From Octopus sinensis (taxonomy: Eukaryota), in assembly GCF_006345805.1 (NCBI RefSeq), contig NC_042997.1:46066001-46130000 (forward strand): 64,000 nt of DNA, in the 5' to 3' direction. Made by a program: the position numbers and the translations under genes. Positions 39,104 through 52,650 of the stretch are shown here, one piece after another (the first letter of the stretch is position 1; each line of letters opens with the position of its first letter). The notes under the pieces are model-generated. The model was not told where the DNA came from. It did not search any database and was given only the letters and a program-made list of their open reading frames with translations.

Positions 39104-39715
39104 GTGAGCTGGCCGATTCGTTAGCACGCCGTGCAAGACGTTGACAAAACGCTGGTAAAACGCTTGCAAAACGCAGGCGAAACGCTGACAAAATGCTGGT
39201 AAAACGCTTGCAAAACGCAGGCAAAACGCTGACAAAATGCTGGTAAAACGCTTGCAAAACGCAAACAAAACGGTGGTAAAACGCTTGCAAAACGCAGGCA
39301 AAACGCTGACAAAATGCTGGTAAAACGCTTGCAAAACGCAAACAAAACGGTGGTAAAACGCTTGCAAAACGCAGGCAAAACGCTGGTAAAACACTTGCAA
39401 AACGCAGGCAAAACGCTGGCAAAACGCTGACAGAACAAAGATAAAACGCTGACAAAACTCTGGTAAAACGCTTGCAAAAGGCAGGCAAAATGCTGACAAA
39501 ACGCTAACAAAACGCTGGTAAAACATTTGTAAAACGCAGGTAAAACGCTGACAAAATGCCTAGCAGCACATCATCTGTCTTTATGTTCTTCGTTCTAATT
39601 CTGCTTTTTATGCTTTCACGGTCGATAAAATAAGTACCAGTTGAACAATGGGGTCGATGTAATCGATTTACCACCTTCCCAAAAATTACTGTCCTTGTGC
39701 CTAAATGTAAAACCG
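39104..39715 (+). mobile_element. SINE family B interrupted by an internal minisatellite
   Basis: Head GAGCTGG..GTTAGCACGCCG before the array; AAAATGCCTAGC and the AAGTACCAG..GGGGTCGATGTAATCGA tail after it. Confidence 0.85.
39135..39552. repeat. 11-bp minisatellite (~38 monomers) with 44-bp higher-order unit
   Basis: AAAACGCTGGT / AAAACGCTTGC / AAAACGCAGGC / AAAA(C/T)GCTGAC cycling. Confidence 0.95.
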
Positions 39716-40049
39716 TTATTACTGGTCATATTCAGGGTGTTCAGGCCAAATCTGGTGATTTTTTTATGCCTCCCTTTCATCAGGAACAGTCAATAGCAGT
39801 GGAGAGCATAACGATTAAAGTTGTAGTTGAGAAAATGTTAACTGACATGGAAGACTCTAAGTTGTCTTAATATTGGAAAAGATTTACTTGTATCAAAATA
39901 CTTAATGCCAACATTATGACTGCTACTCAATGCTCTTTGAACTCTATAAAGGCTGTAAAACGTGACATGTACATCTGCAACGGAGACTACAAAGCCATGG
40001 CCAGCAAGAAGGGATACAGCTGGCGTTCTGACTGCGTCTGCATGTCAGA

Positions 40050-40585
40050 ATACATACCCACATCTTTGGAAAGGGCCTTAGGCTCAATTCGGATGGTCAT
40101 GTGAAGCTGCTGGAGACTGTGGTCAAACACTGGATGGAGTGGGTTGCTGCTGGAAGGCCATATAAGTGACAGCAAGATTCGGCTCCCAGCTATATCTCCG
40201 ATAAATGTCAGAAGCTTTCAGAAAAATGTGGACTTCAATAGTCCACATTTCTGGTTGGTCCCCTAATTTTCCCGGTTAAATTACCAGGATTATGTGTGGG
40301 TCAAGGTTGAGAAAGACACTAACTGCTCTTCCTGCAACACCAAAGCAGAGTGGATGGCCAAAATCAAGGAAGTTCGAGAATCTTCCTAGCGACATAGTCA
40401 GGAATGATTGTATCAGGTGCAGAGCCGTCTTGATGTCGCTGTGGCCGGCAAATTTAAGTAAACAGCTATCGCTCAGCCATATTCTAGCTGGTAATTTTTG
40501 AAATTTTAAAAATGCTTTTCCTTTTGGCTGGGATATGTTTTGTTTTCCTTGTTTGCAAACTGTCGAATTTATTCCGAACGCTCGA
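40050..40585 (+). mobile_element. Tc1/mariner transposase 3' fragment, maT/DD37D-like
   Basis: HIFGKGLRLNSDGHVKLLETVVKHWMEWVAAGRPYK*QQDSAP; PNFPG.NYQDY.VW; VEKDTNCSSCNTKAEWMAKIKEV..NLPSDIV. Confidence 0.8.
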
Positions 40586-41019
40586 TTGCGTTCTTCTTGT
40601 TTAATCATATCTCAGCCCTGATTAAGCAAACTTATGAAGAAAGGAATTCCCGCCGTACTCATTTGCTTTTCTTTCTCCTTATCATAACAGGAATTTGGAG
40701 GAAGGACAAATTTGATCTGGGACGTGTGTGTCGATCTTGCAGATAGTCCATGGGATCCACAACCAGCGGCTTTAGCACGATATCTTGAAGCATTGTGCGA
40801 TCGTGGCTGAGTACAGCGCAAAGTCAGCAAATCCAAGTTCTGGTGCGAAGCAGTACATTCCATTTCTCACGAACGGCTTGCAAAAACGTGGGGTTATTTG
40901 CTAGATCAAGCAAAGAATACTTTCATCCTACAAAACATTGCTTTTTTAAGTGGAAACTAACATACTTTGCGCAGCTATCAGTCAGTCAGTCAATCAATCA
41001 ATCAATCACTCAATCAGTC

Positions 41020-41413
<394 letters not shown>

Positions 41414-41640
41414 GCAGTCTATACATATACATGTATATACGCACATACCGATCGCCTAGCTAATACATTGCCGGTGCACGTCCTCTTGTTCTTTAACTTT
41501 ACTCATTTATTTGAATTGACTATTATATATATATATATATACCCATCACATACTGTTGCCCTCCACACATTCTGATTGAATCTTCGCGCCAACATCTACC
41601 TACTTACGACAATGTAGCCTTTAATCTAATCAAGATATCC

Positions 41641-41726
41641 TTGCCCTGAAGAGTAGCCGGTGGTATACAGCTCACTTGGATTTTACCACTTCTGAGGTTC
41701 CACTCGCTATGAAACATATGTAGCCC
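41641..41726 (+). ncRNA. Type I hammerhead motif with long stem II insert
   Basis: TTGCC-CTGAAGA-GTAGC..GTGGTA..TACCAC..GCTAT-GAAAC ATAT GTA^GCCC. Intact core; palindromic ACATATGT; stem I weakened. Confidence 0.65.
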
Positions 41727-43176
41727 TGATTCCCCATACACCATTCCGTAACTCTTGTATTCCTTTTCGCCCCCTCAGCAACCTTGGTTGCCTATGGAGG
41801 AATATAAAAAGAACTATTTTTTCAGCTCATCGTTCTTCGGTAAAAGAAAAAAAAATCTGGAACCTTCTGTGTCAATAAACAATTATTGTTCCTGAAAGTT
41901 CTTTTGTTTTTATATTCAATACAGATTGCCCGAAGCTGACTTTCTTCCTACACCTCGGTCCCTGGATCTTAGATTTGTATATATATGTAACGCTGGCTAT
42001 TCGACAGTCTTGAGAAAACTGTTATTCTATTTTGCTATTTCGAGCCAGCACCGGTAGTTTTCTGGTGGTTGAAAGAAGACGCTGGGCAGCCATATACACA
42101 GCACGTCCTAAGAACAGCCTCAAATCAATCGCAACGGAGCGGGCTCCTGTCAAAGAATTTATTGAGGATAGTTTCTCGATATTATGGCTGAGGGAGGATG
42201 AGGAGGCGTACACTAGGCACTGATATATTACAGATACATTTTTCGACACCTAAACTACAAAAAGCAAAGCCGACATCTGGAGAAGTTGTACCCGTAATGT
42301 AAAATGACATTAATAAATTAATACATTCATCTATCCTTTCTTCTTTTCTATTGCCCATCTTTTCTTTTCTTTTTCTGTTATGTCTTACTCAAAATAAAGC
42401 ATTTTTAATAAAGCGATCCAGCATTCATCTATATGCAGATAATTGTCAGATTTTCTGGATATTCTTTTGTCTTTGTTTTTCTTAGAAGAGATTAACTGAC
42501 GGATGTACTATTCAGTAGAATAGAGATATATTTATTTATATGGCATATATCTAATAATATAAAATCCTAGAATTAAGAATCGGCTTTGCTAAACACTGCA
42601 TTCATGAACAAATTTATCATAATCGTACGAATACATACGGAAGCGGAGAAACATAAACGAGCATACTTCACGTGCGCTCACACACAAACAAATAAACAAT
42701 CACACGGACACATTTAAGCACGTATCTATTTCTATATATGCGCAGCTTCCACGGAAATAGCTACTAGTAATTTAATGATATTACTTCATGTATCAAATGT
42801 ACATGTTTATTAACAAATTTATGCATTCCCGAATATAAAGAAATACATAAGCGCACACAGACATGCACACGCAAATGGACACACACACACACACGCACAC
42901 ATTCAGACACACACCCGAACATGTACGCGTACATTCACATTCATGCTACATCTATATCAACATGTATGTATTAATGCTTGTTTGCATTGATGTATCTATT
43001 CATATGTATGTATATATATATATGCATGTATGTATGTATGTATATATGTAAGTATGTATGTATATGTGTGTGTATGTGTGTGTGCATGTATCATTGCATG
43101 TACAATTATACATAAATATATAAGGACATGTATGTAAATGCATATATATATATATACATATCCTTGTGTGTGTATT

Positions 43177-43214
<38 letters not shown>

Positions 43215-43284
43215 AATACACACACAAGGATATGTATATATATATATATATATTATATATATATATGCATTTACATATATATGC

Positions 43285-43317
<33 letters not shown>

Positions 43318-43451
43318 AAAATATATTCATATATATATATATATTCACACAAATATATATATATATATGTATATATATACAAATATACACACAAGGATAT
43401 GTATGTATGTATATGTATATATATATATATATTTAATATATACATATATAT

Positions 43452-43492
<41 letters not shown>

Positions 43493-43505
43493 ATATATAT
43501 ATTAT

Positions 43506-43588
<83 letters not shown>

Positions 43589-44492
43589 CATACATACATG
43601 TGCGCATATATTTATATGTGTGTAAGGATATATATATATATATATATATATGCATGCGTGTATGTATATATATACACATGCACGCTTACATTCATATGTA
43701 TATCTGCTGCCACGTAATATTTGCGCTCGCACCCACCTCATACACAAACAAACACGCATGTATGTATAAAATCAATCTGCAGAATTGATTTAAAGCTTTG
43801 CATATATAAATGAAACTCTATCAGAGAGTTAATATGCAGCTGTTGCTACTACTAGTGCTACTGTTACCACAACCGATTCTGCTGCTGCTACTGCCGCTGC
43901 TGCTGCTGGCCTGATTTGTTGACCTTTGTATATACGGAAATTAGTTTCGTGTGAGCCTTCGTTATAGATCTTTTTCTTTCTATTAATTTATTTATTTTGT
44001 ATGGTTTACACATTGATATACTTAACTCTGTATTGCCGCAGTTGGCACCATTGTCAATAATCCTCATTTCCAATGGCAATCTACCGTTTCCACTAGTTTA
44101 ATATTCATAGACAACTGGCGAGCAATGCACAGCAAGATGAAAGCTCATGGGTAGCCATGAACTTCTGAACATTCTTTTATCCTCATTGTAAACATACACA
44201 CAGCGAAACACTCAAACAATTACTCACATGTGTACACATACGCGCTACGTTATATGTTTGTATGTATATATGTACACACACACATATATGTGTGTGTGTG
44301 TGCGTGTTTCTTTGTATATATATATATGTATTTATCTGTATATGTATATGTATTTATATATATATATATTGTAATTATAAATATTATATTATTACAACTA
44401 TACAAACATATATGCATGTTTGCATATATATATGATATATATATACATATATACATATATATATGTAAGTACATATACACACATATACATAC

Positions 44493-44538
<46 letters not shown>

Positions 44539-44665
44539 TATATATATATAATATATATATATACGTGTATATATATATATGTGTGGATATGTATGTTTGT
44601 GTATATATTTATATTCATATGTATGTGTGTATAGGCATCTAGATATGTGCATGTGTGTGTATGTT

Positions 44666-44710
<45 letters not shown>

Positions 44711-46599
44711 GTGCGGCTGTAAGCAGCCAAGGCTGATTGGTCAAGTAGTTCCCTTCACAACCATTTGCCCCTGAGTTTCACTCCACTGCTTGGTATCGTG
44801 GACAATGTCGGTTGCCATAGTGTTGGATCAATTGAAGCCTTCTCATTGAGATTCAGTGTACAAAAATTGTTTTGAAAACTTGTCGGTTAAGCCAAACTTA
44901 AAATTCAAAACCGTGTAACACTGTATCGCTTTATTTTATTCTTTCCTCAGAATTTTATATTCGAAACACACACACACATGTATATATATTGATCAATTCT
45001 GAATATGCATGACTGATGAGATTTAAGATGATTAAATTATGACTCTTGATTTTATTATTTCTTTTTAAAGACATCATTCATATTTGACTAAATGTCATAA
45101 TTTACTTTCAAACCGGGACGAACTACTTTTTGACATAAACATACATTTTTACCCTGGCTAAACGTATAAGTTACTCTTTCCATCTTTCCGTAGAAATAAT
45201 TGAATCAATCTGACGATATTCTAGGTGTGTGTGCCTTGAAATACTGACCGATATAGTTGAATACTTGTTTAGAAACGCTGTTCGTAGTTGTAATTTATCA
45301 AATATTATGTGTATGAAAGAAGGGGGTTGAGTTTTTGAGATGAAGATCTAACAAGTCTGGAAACTGATGAGATCAAACACATTCTTTCTGCCCATCGAGA
45401 GAGATAAAGACTGTAGAGAAAATAATATATATATATATATTACAGCGAAGCTAAGATTCTATGTTCATTGAAAATGATATACATTACATTTCAATTATTC
45501 TGAAACACTGTGTTGTTCTGAATGGTAATTCATCCATGTTGTCGATGCTGGCACAAATTTAGCTTGAAACATCGTTTGTATACAATATTGGTGGCGATAC
45601 ACTACTAACGCAATGCTTTGTCAGAGTCATTACAGTACAGGACAAAATTTCTTGCGGTTATTGTTCTGACTCATTGTGCTTTGCGTTAGAATCCTGCTAA
45701 GGTCAGATTTGGCTTTCATTTTTTTTTCTTTTCATGTTAAAATAAAGTACCAATCTCGTACATAGAATAGGTGAAATTTTTAGTGTTAAGTATGATGCCT
45801 TGCAGAATTGATTCCAGCCTTTTTGTTCTGAGATTTTGGGTAGTGGACTTGATCTGTTTAACAACAACCCATTGTCCTTTAATGAAGGTCGCTCACTTGA
45901 AAGTATTTTAGCGCGGCCTTTAGTTCATCCGAGGGCCTGCAAAATAGAGGGACATACTTATCGCCATTCCATCTTTTACGAAGTGGTAGTAAAACATCTT
46001 TCTTACAGTTAATGAAGATAGGTACTACTTTTTTGATGGTCTAACGAATCACGAAACTGTTCAAATTAATCGCAATTTTTCTAACCCCGGGTAAAGAAAA
46101 CTTGTGATTTAGTCATTCTTTTAATTTTGCAATACAAAGTTTATAGTATCTTTATTAAAATCAAATTCTTTATATTTCAAATACTCGCGCGCACTCACGG
46201 ATACAAATATGATAACAAATAAAACAAGAGAGCATTCAACATGTGGTTAGAACGTTTATACAGTGCGAAAGATAAGGTTGTTCACCCTATACTTACTTGG
46301 ATATTCACACACATAACGTGTACAGGATATCGGTGGGAGAACGTATAAAGCGTTATGTCAGCCAATACCAACTGGGACGGTTAGTCAAATATTTATTATG
46401 TTGTAATAGAAAACTATGTAGTCAAAAGCGGTGATCATCAAGGGAAAGTACTCCAAAAATTTCGTTGACTATGAGGATTATGTTTTTTTTTTGGAGGGGG
46501 GTGACCTTGGAACATCTGGAATTATGTAGAAAAAAACTTCTCAGATAATGCAAGTTCGATTATAATTCTGACCTTCGGTTACTCGATATGGCTGCTTAT

Positions 46600-47250
46600 T
46601 TTAAGAGTTGGAATTTTGTGTGAAACAAGGACTGTAGTTTCGTGATACGTCGAATTACGGTGTGGATATCTGAAGAGCTCCATTTTATGGGAGGTCATTC
46701 AAATGCTTCATGTGAGATTTCATGCTAAGTAGGAGAGGGACAAACAGTTTTACCTGTTCATTAACTCACACTGAGAGAAAATGATATTAGCAACGATTCT
46801 CAAAAATGTTTGCAACGAATACCATGCGGTTGACTTAGATGCAGCTGAGGAGTTTTAGAAATACTCAATATAGAACTGCTTTGAAGAAACAGAATCCTCT
46901 AAGTGGGCAGGTGGTAGGGTTTTATAACTCAGAACTGTATTTCAGTTGGGCACTTCCATTGTGGTTTATCATCTGAGAAGCAATGTTGTTCAAGCAGGAT
47001 TATCTTACCTTAAGGTTGTGCGTGTTGAGAACAATGTTGCGTTTGTGTGTTGATGTTGATGTTCTGCTTGAAGAGCTCGGAAATTCATGTCTATGTTCGT
47101 GATAATATCCAAGTTACATATTTGATTAAGATCATTTCTATTCCGGTGTGGATTATGTTCTCCATTTATACTAGCTTCTAGTTAGCTCATAGTTTTTGTG
47201 GGGATAATTCAGAGCCTCTCTTATTCATTCGACTTGCAAGATAATTATAG
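46600..47250 (-). mobile_element. Decayed Penelope-like element: linker plus GIY-YIG region and downstream pseudo-LTR remnant
   Basis: VLNTHNLKVR*SCLNNIASQMINHN (about 46957-47035) and NPTTCPLRGFCFFKAVLY (46868-46921); half hammerhead GAAAC TACA GTC at 46630-46641 on the same strand. Confidence 0.7.
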
Positions 47251-47914
47251 CTAGGAATTTGCTTGCAATTACCTCAAGTGATTAAATCTTGTTCTTTCTT
47301 TTGTGCTCAAATGAGGGACTCAAGCCACTCATGATCTCATCATAGCTACTATGTTTTGCTTATCGCTCTCATCTTGGATCCTACACGAAAGAAATTTTAA
47401 AATCTTTCGCTGTCGAGAGGAGTGGCTCGTTGGTTTGGTCATGCAGCTTATATTTACAGTAAGGGATGTTTGTATGTATGTGTGTATGTGTGTATGTTTG
47501 TGAGTATGTGAGAGAGAGAGAGTGAGAAAGAATGTGAGAGAGAGAGACTGAGAGAGTGAAAGATAGTATATGTGAGAGAGAGAGAGAGAAAGAAAGAGCG
47601 AGAAAGATCATGTGCGAGCATGTGTGCGCATATGAATGTTAGGATATTATTGAATTAGGAAGGCGAATGAAAATTCTGAGGACACAAACAACAGCCATTT
47701 TAAAGAAGTTTGGATTTCGTTTCGGCTCAGATTTAATTTCAATTCACCGCCAAACAAATTTCAGTTTACTTATGCAGATGTGTTTTAGTTGAACGTTAGT
47801 TTGTTTTAGCCTTCACAGCTATGGTCATGCTGGAGCACTACCTTGAAGAAAACGTGAGCTTTATCTACTCTAATTAAAAAAAAAAAATGAACCCATAGCG
47901 GGTGACTTATATCT

Positions 47915-48210
47915 GTATGTACGTATGTATGTATGTATGTATGTATGTATGTATGTATGTATGTATGTATGTATGTATGTATGTATGCATGCATCTATGT
48001 AGGTGTGTATGTATGTATGTATGTATGTATGGATGCATGCATCTATGTAGGTGTGTATGTATGTATGTATGTATGTATGGATGCATGCATCTATGTAGGT
48101 GTGTATGTATGTATGTATGTATGTATGGATGCATGCATCTATGTAGGTGTGTATGTATGTATGTATGTATGTATGGATGCATGCATCTATGTAGGTGTGT
48201 ATGTATGTAT
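47915..48210. repeat. (TATG)n with five-copy 48-bp higher-order repeat
   Basis: CATCTATGTAGGTG at 47992, 48040, 48088, 48136 and 48184. Confidence 0.95.
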
Positions 48211-48520
48211 ATGTGTATATTTATATGTTTTGTTTTATGTATGTATTTTCATGCATATAGTTGCATGTCTAGACATGCTCATGTGTTAGTTAAATGATAA
48301 AATTTTGATGTATGCACAGGAAAAAGAGTGAGAAATTTACACACACACACACACACACACACATATATTATATATATTATATATATATAAATACACTTTC
48401 TAATAAAGCTGTAAAAACATCAGAAAGATGGTTACTCATTTTCACGATCGTGTTTACGGACAGTTTTCTCCGGTATTCCAGTAATTTTTCTACGTCGTTT
48501 CACATTTATGTGCTTACTCT

Positions 48521-48563
<43 letters not shown>

Positions 48564-48579
48564 TATATATATTAATATA

Positions 48580-48660
48580 CAGGGTGTCCAAAAAGTTACA
48601 CCCCGTTCTTATTTTGAAAACTATTGTAGCTTTTTCAATCAATTTTATTGTATGGAACAA
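48580..48660 (+). mobile_element. Solo Tc1/mariner-like terminus
   Basis: TA|CAGGGTGTCCAAAAAGTT; no partner end found. Confidence 0.4.
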
Positions 48661-48944
48661 TGATGAATAATAACTACGAATGAAAGAATGAAACAGAGTA
48701 GAATAAAATGAAGCCCGGGCGAAACTTTCTGGACTTCTTTCATATTAATAGCTTTAGCTGCCATAATAGACGTTGAAACATAACCATACATACATACTTA
48801 CATACATATATACATACATACATACATACATACATACATACATACATACATACATACATACATACATAAATACATACATACATAGTAGAAACCTACACAC
48901 AATCATTCATATGTACGTATACACTTATATTTTGTATGTATGTA

Positions 48945-49324
48945 GGAGGCGCAAAGTCCCAGTGGTTAGGGTAGCGGACTTGCGATCGTAGGATCGCAGT
49001 TTCTCTTCCCAGACCGGGCGTTGTGAGTGTTCATTGAGCAAAAGCATCAAAAGCTCCACGACCTCCAGCAGGGGGTGGTGGCGACCCTTACTCTACTCTT
49101 TCACTAATACTTTCTCTCCCTTTTCCAGTTTCTGTTGTACCTGTATTTCAAAGGGCCAGCCTTGTCACACTCTGTGTCACGCTGAATCTCCCAGAGAACT
49201 ACGTTAAGAAGGGTACACGTGTCTCTGGAGTGTTCAACCACTTGAACGTTAATTTCACGAGCTGGCTGTTCCGTCGATCGGATCAACTGGAACCCTCGTC
49301 GTCGTCGTAACCGACGGAGTGCCA
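48945..49324 (+). mobile_element. SINE family C, full length
   Basis: Colinear with 1326-1682. Confidence 0.92.
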
Positions 49325-50544
49325 CGTCATGTATGCATGAGTGTGTGTATAGGCATTCACACATAATTATATATTGATAGTGTGATATCAACGAATTTAA
49401 TAATATCGTCCCTGAGAATTATTGGTGACAACTTTCATTACCTACTGCTTCGTTGTGTACATCTCTCTAGCAACGGATGGGATTGCCTTGAAGTTTGTCA
49501 TTGATTGTTAATACTACATCAATCATGTATGTGTTTACTAGTGTGTTTGTTTGTGATAGAATCTCTTTATCATGTTGAAACTACTCCGCATGTAGAAATC
49601 GATAATTCTGTGAATGATTCTCTTTCTGTCACCCCTGCAGTCTGCGAGAATATGTATATATTACCTCCTGTAGATAGATACATAAACACACACTCGCATG
49701 TGTGCACACACACACACATTCAAACGCACCCCCCACACACATTCAAACGCACCCCCCCCCACATACATACAGACACACACACTCATATGCGTATACATTC
49801 CTTTTTTTATTAATGCTAGCGGCATACTGAATCGGTTCTTCTCTGTATTCTCTATGCTGTTTAGAGGGTGAGAGAGAAATTCGCTCCCTGGATTGAACGC
49901 TAGTATACCATAGATGGTATATCGATTTCACCAAGAGAACCCAACTTAGTTTGCACCAGCCCATTCGCTTTCGTAACATAGCTCGAGAAAAATTGAACTA
50001 CGCACAGAAAATCAATCAAAACATCAATTTTACATTACGTCCACTGCTTATAGTGACCAGTTGTTCATATCCTATCGTATTTTCTTATATAACAAGATGC
50101 ATTAAGTTATTTGAAAGTTTACTGCTTTAGATACGGACATAAATCAGAATATATACATACAGGCTTTTTGAGGTTAATCTTCGTCTAACAATGGGTGATA
50201 AAAACAGAATATTTCTCTATTATGTTATAAAAACATACAGTTGAAACAAAATGCATTAGCATAAAGATCTTGAATATAGAAATGGATAAATCCTGCAATC
50301 GTTAATATTGACTATTAAGGCAAATGAAGAAAGGAAAGCTATCAAGAATTTATTTCTTGCTGGCCGAATTTTTAAAGACTGAGCTCAACATAGCCATCTT
50401 GACAGTTTGCTGAAAGATTTCCGGGCATTCAGTTCTTATGTCTGTGATGTTAATGTTGCTACACACCATAGACCCTATTCTAATGAAGGGCTTTCAGCTA
50501 TTTCTACTCATTTCGATCTCATGGCTATTCCTCTAATTAGTCTT

Positions 50545-50545
<1 letters not shown>

Positions 50546-50640
<95 letters not shown>
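50546..50640. repeat. (CTA)n microsatellite
   Basis: Direct reading. Confidence 0.98.
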
Positions 50641-50642
<2 letters not shown>

Positions 50643-50696
50643 ATTTCATCTATTTCTATTTCTAATTTTCTCTCTGTCTCTCTCTACATATATGGG

Positions 50697-50852
50697 TACA
50701 GGTGTGGCTGTGTGGTAAGAAGTTAGCTTCTCAACCACATGCCTGTGGGTCCCACTGTATAGAACCTCAGTCAGCTGTTTTTTACTATAGTCTCGGGTAG
50801 TCCAGAGCCTTGTGAATGGATTTGGTAGAGGGAAACTGAAAGAAGCCCGCCG
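50697..50852 (+). mobile_element. SINE family A 5' half (its 3' half is probably 51455-51655)
   Basis: GTGGCTGTGTGGTAAG...GATTTGGTAGAGGGAAACTGAAAGAAGCCC. Confidence 0.8.
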
Positions 50853-50857
50853 TTGGA

Positions 50858-50942
<85 letters not shown>

Positions 50943-51044
50943 AGAGTGTGTGTGTGTATACGATTGTATGAATAAATATTTCTATGTAAATAGAAACATT
51001 ATTTTATCTAAATATCTCAACGAAAGAATTCAATAGCAGAACTC

Positions 51045-51408
51045 TAAAGTAAAGATTATTTGCCAACATATTGTGGCAGTTCCAGTTGGGAGGAATATTA
51101 CTGCTTTTGTTAGCTCAGTAACTGTGTGTCACTTAGAAAATTGAATATATTTTCAAACAGGAATTTGGCAGCACCATCTCTAGCCGAGCAGTTATTCTGT
51201 GCCGAGGAGGTGAAGTAACCTAGAAACCGCGGTCCACAGATATTGCTTTGTGCTGAGTAGGGATACTAAACTCTCCTGTTCGAAAATATAAAGTCACAGA
51301 TAGTGTACCGTATAGGCAGCTGGAGACGTTGTTTCATGGGACTACATAACAGTAACATTCGTCCAAACCGGGACTGTCACATTATGTTGGCAAATAATCT
51401 TTACTTTA
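51045..51408. mobile_element. Inverted-repeat element with internal hammerhead, lying between the halves of a SINE
   Basis: TAAAGTAAAGATTATTTGCCAACATA(T/A)TGTG.. arms (about 45 bp close match, about 75 bp looser). Confidence 0.7.
51196..51240 (+). ncRNA. Type I hammerhead motif (U4C; stem II register off by 2 nt)
   Basis: TCTGTG-CCGAGGA-GGT(GAAGTA)ACC TA-GAAAC CGCG GTC^CACAGA: perfect 6-bp stem I, palindromic ACCGCGGT, GUC triplet. Confidence 0.65.
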
Positions 51409-51454
51409 TTTCTATGTAAATATCGGTTTTTCATTATTGTATAATGAAACTCTA

Positions 51455-51655
51455 TGTTTGTTTTCGTTGAAAATGTGTGTCTTTGTGTCTGTGCTTATCG
51501 CCTACTACCGCTTGACAACTGTTGTTGGTGCGTTTACGTCCCCGTAAAAAGAAAATCACAAGTCCTGGGATCGATTTGTTCGACTGAAACTCCTCAAGGC
51601 GGTGCTCCAGGATGGCCGTAGTAAAATAACTGAAACAAATAAAAGATAAAAGATG
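51455..51655 (+). mobile_element. SINE family A 3' half
   Basis: CGCTTGACAAC...GATCGATTTGTTCGACT...GGCGGTGCTCCAGGATGGCCG. Confidence 0.8.
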
Positions 51656-52269
51656 AAGTATTTCATCACGTAAGAATCTCTCCGTCCCCACCATTCATAT
51701 TTTCTTCGAAGACACCCACCAACTAGATATTCAAACAGAGTATCGTCTACATGAGTGCTACTCAAAGTTGTCTGCGGACCGGTGCCGGTTCGCGAGCCAT
51801 CACCTGCTTATGTAATATTGTATTATCACCTGCTTATGTAATATTGTATTATTTGTTTACAAAATAAATATAAGATAAAAAAAATTGTCAACTTTTATTA
51901 TATACGCCATATATATTATTTCCGGTGTAAATTAATATTACTAAGAAATAATACCGGTCCCTGGCACATTGGGGAAAAAAGAAACTGCCGGTATGCCACA
52001 TAAGATAGTCTGAGTAGCACTGGTCTACATAGAACCTATCAGCAATGTAGGGCCAGCAATGGTTATGGGTACTGTCCCTCCAGCTCCAATTTACTAATAA
52101 GAGACGGGCCAACAAAGCAGCGTCTATGTCATTGTTTCTGAACCATTTTTTGGCTGTGGATCTCTTTGATTCCTATTTTACTTGGGCGGAACCCGCCTCC
52201 CATGACCATTCGATGTGTAAAAAACCGTATTATATTTTTTATAATCTTAATATTATTAAGAATTGAATA

Positions 52270-52650
52270 GCTTTCTTTTATCTTTAAATTGTTTCGGTCA
52301 TCTGACTGAGGCCATGCTGGGGCACCACCTTTAAGAATTCTAGTCGAATGAATCGATCCTAGTAATCTTTTTTAAAAGCTCGGTACTTATTCTATCGACT
52401 CATTTGCCGATTCGCTAGTTACGCAGACGTAAACACACCAACACCGGTTGTCAAGCAGTGTTGGTGGGTATAAACACAGACACACACAGATACGCAGGTT
52501 TCTTTCATTTTCTTCTACCAAATCCACTCACAAGGCTTTGGTCGGTTTAAGGCTATAGTAGAAGACACTTGTCGAAGGCACCGCGCAGTGGGACTGAACC
52601 GGGAACTATGTTGTTGGGAAGCAAGCTACTTACAAAACAATCACATCTAC
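52270..52650 (-). mobile_element. SINE family A, near full length
   Basis: Colinear reverse complement of 61850-62256. Confidence 0.92.

Noticed and set aside
39068-39526. Three overlapping 129-152 aa repetitive ORFs (FCQRFASVLPA...)
   Set aside because: Stop-free minisatellite; open in all three frames on the minus strand, which is an artefact signature.
39135-39552. Possible CRISPR-like array
   Set aside because: No unique spacers, eukaryotic context, no cas genes.
45240-45290. CTGACCGA...GAAAC GCT GTT
   Set aside because: Stems I and II do not pair.
51799-51851. 26-bp tandem duplication
   Set aside because: Ordinary slippage duplication with no further structure.
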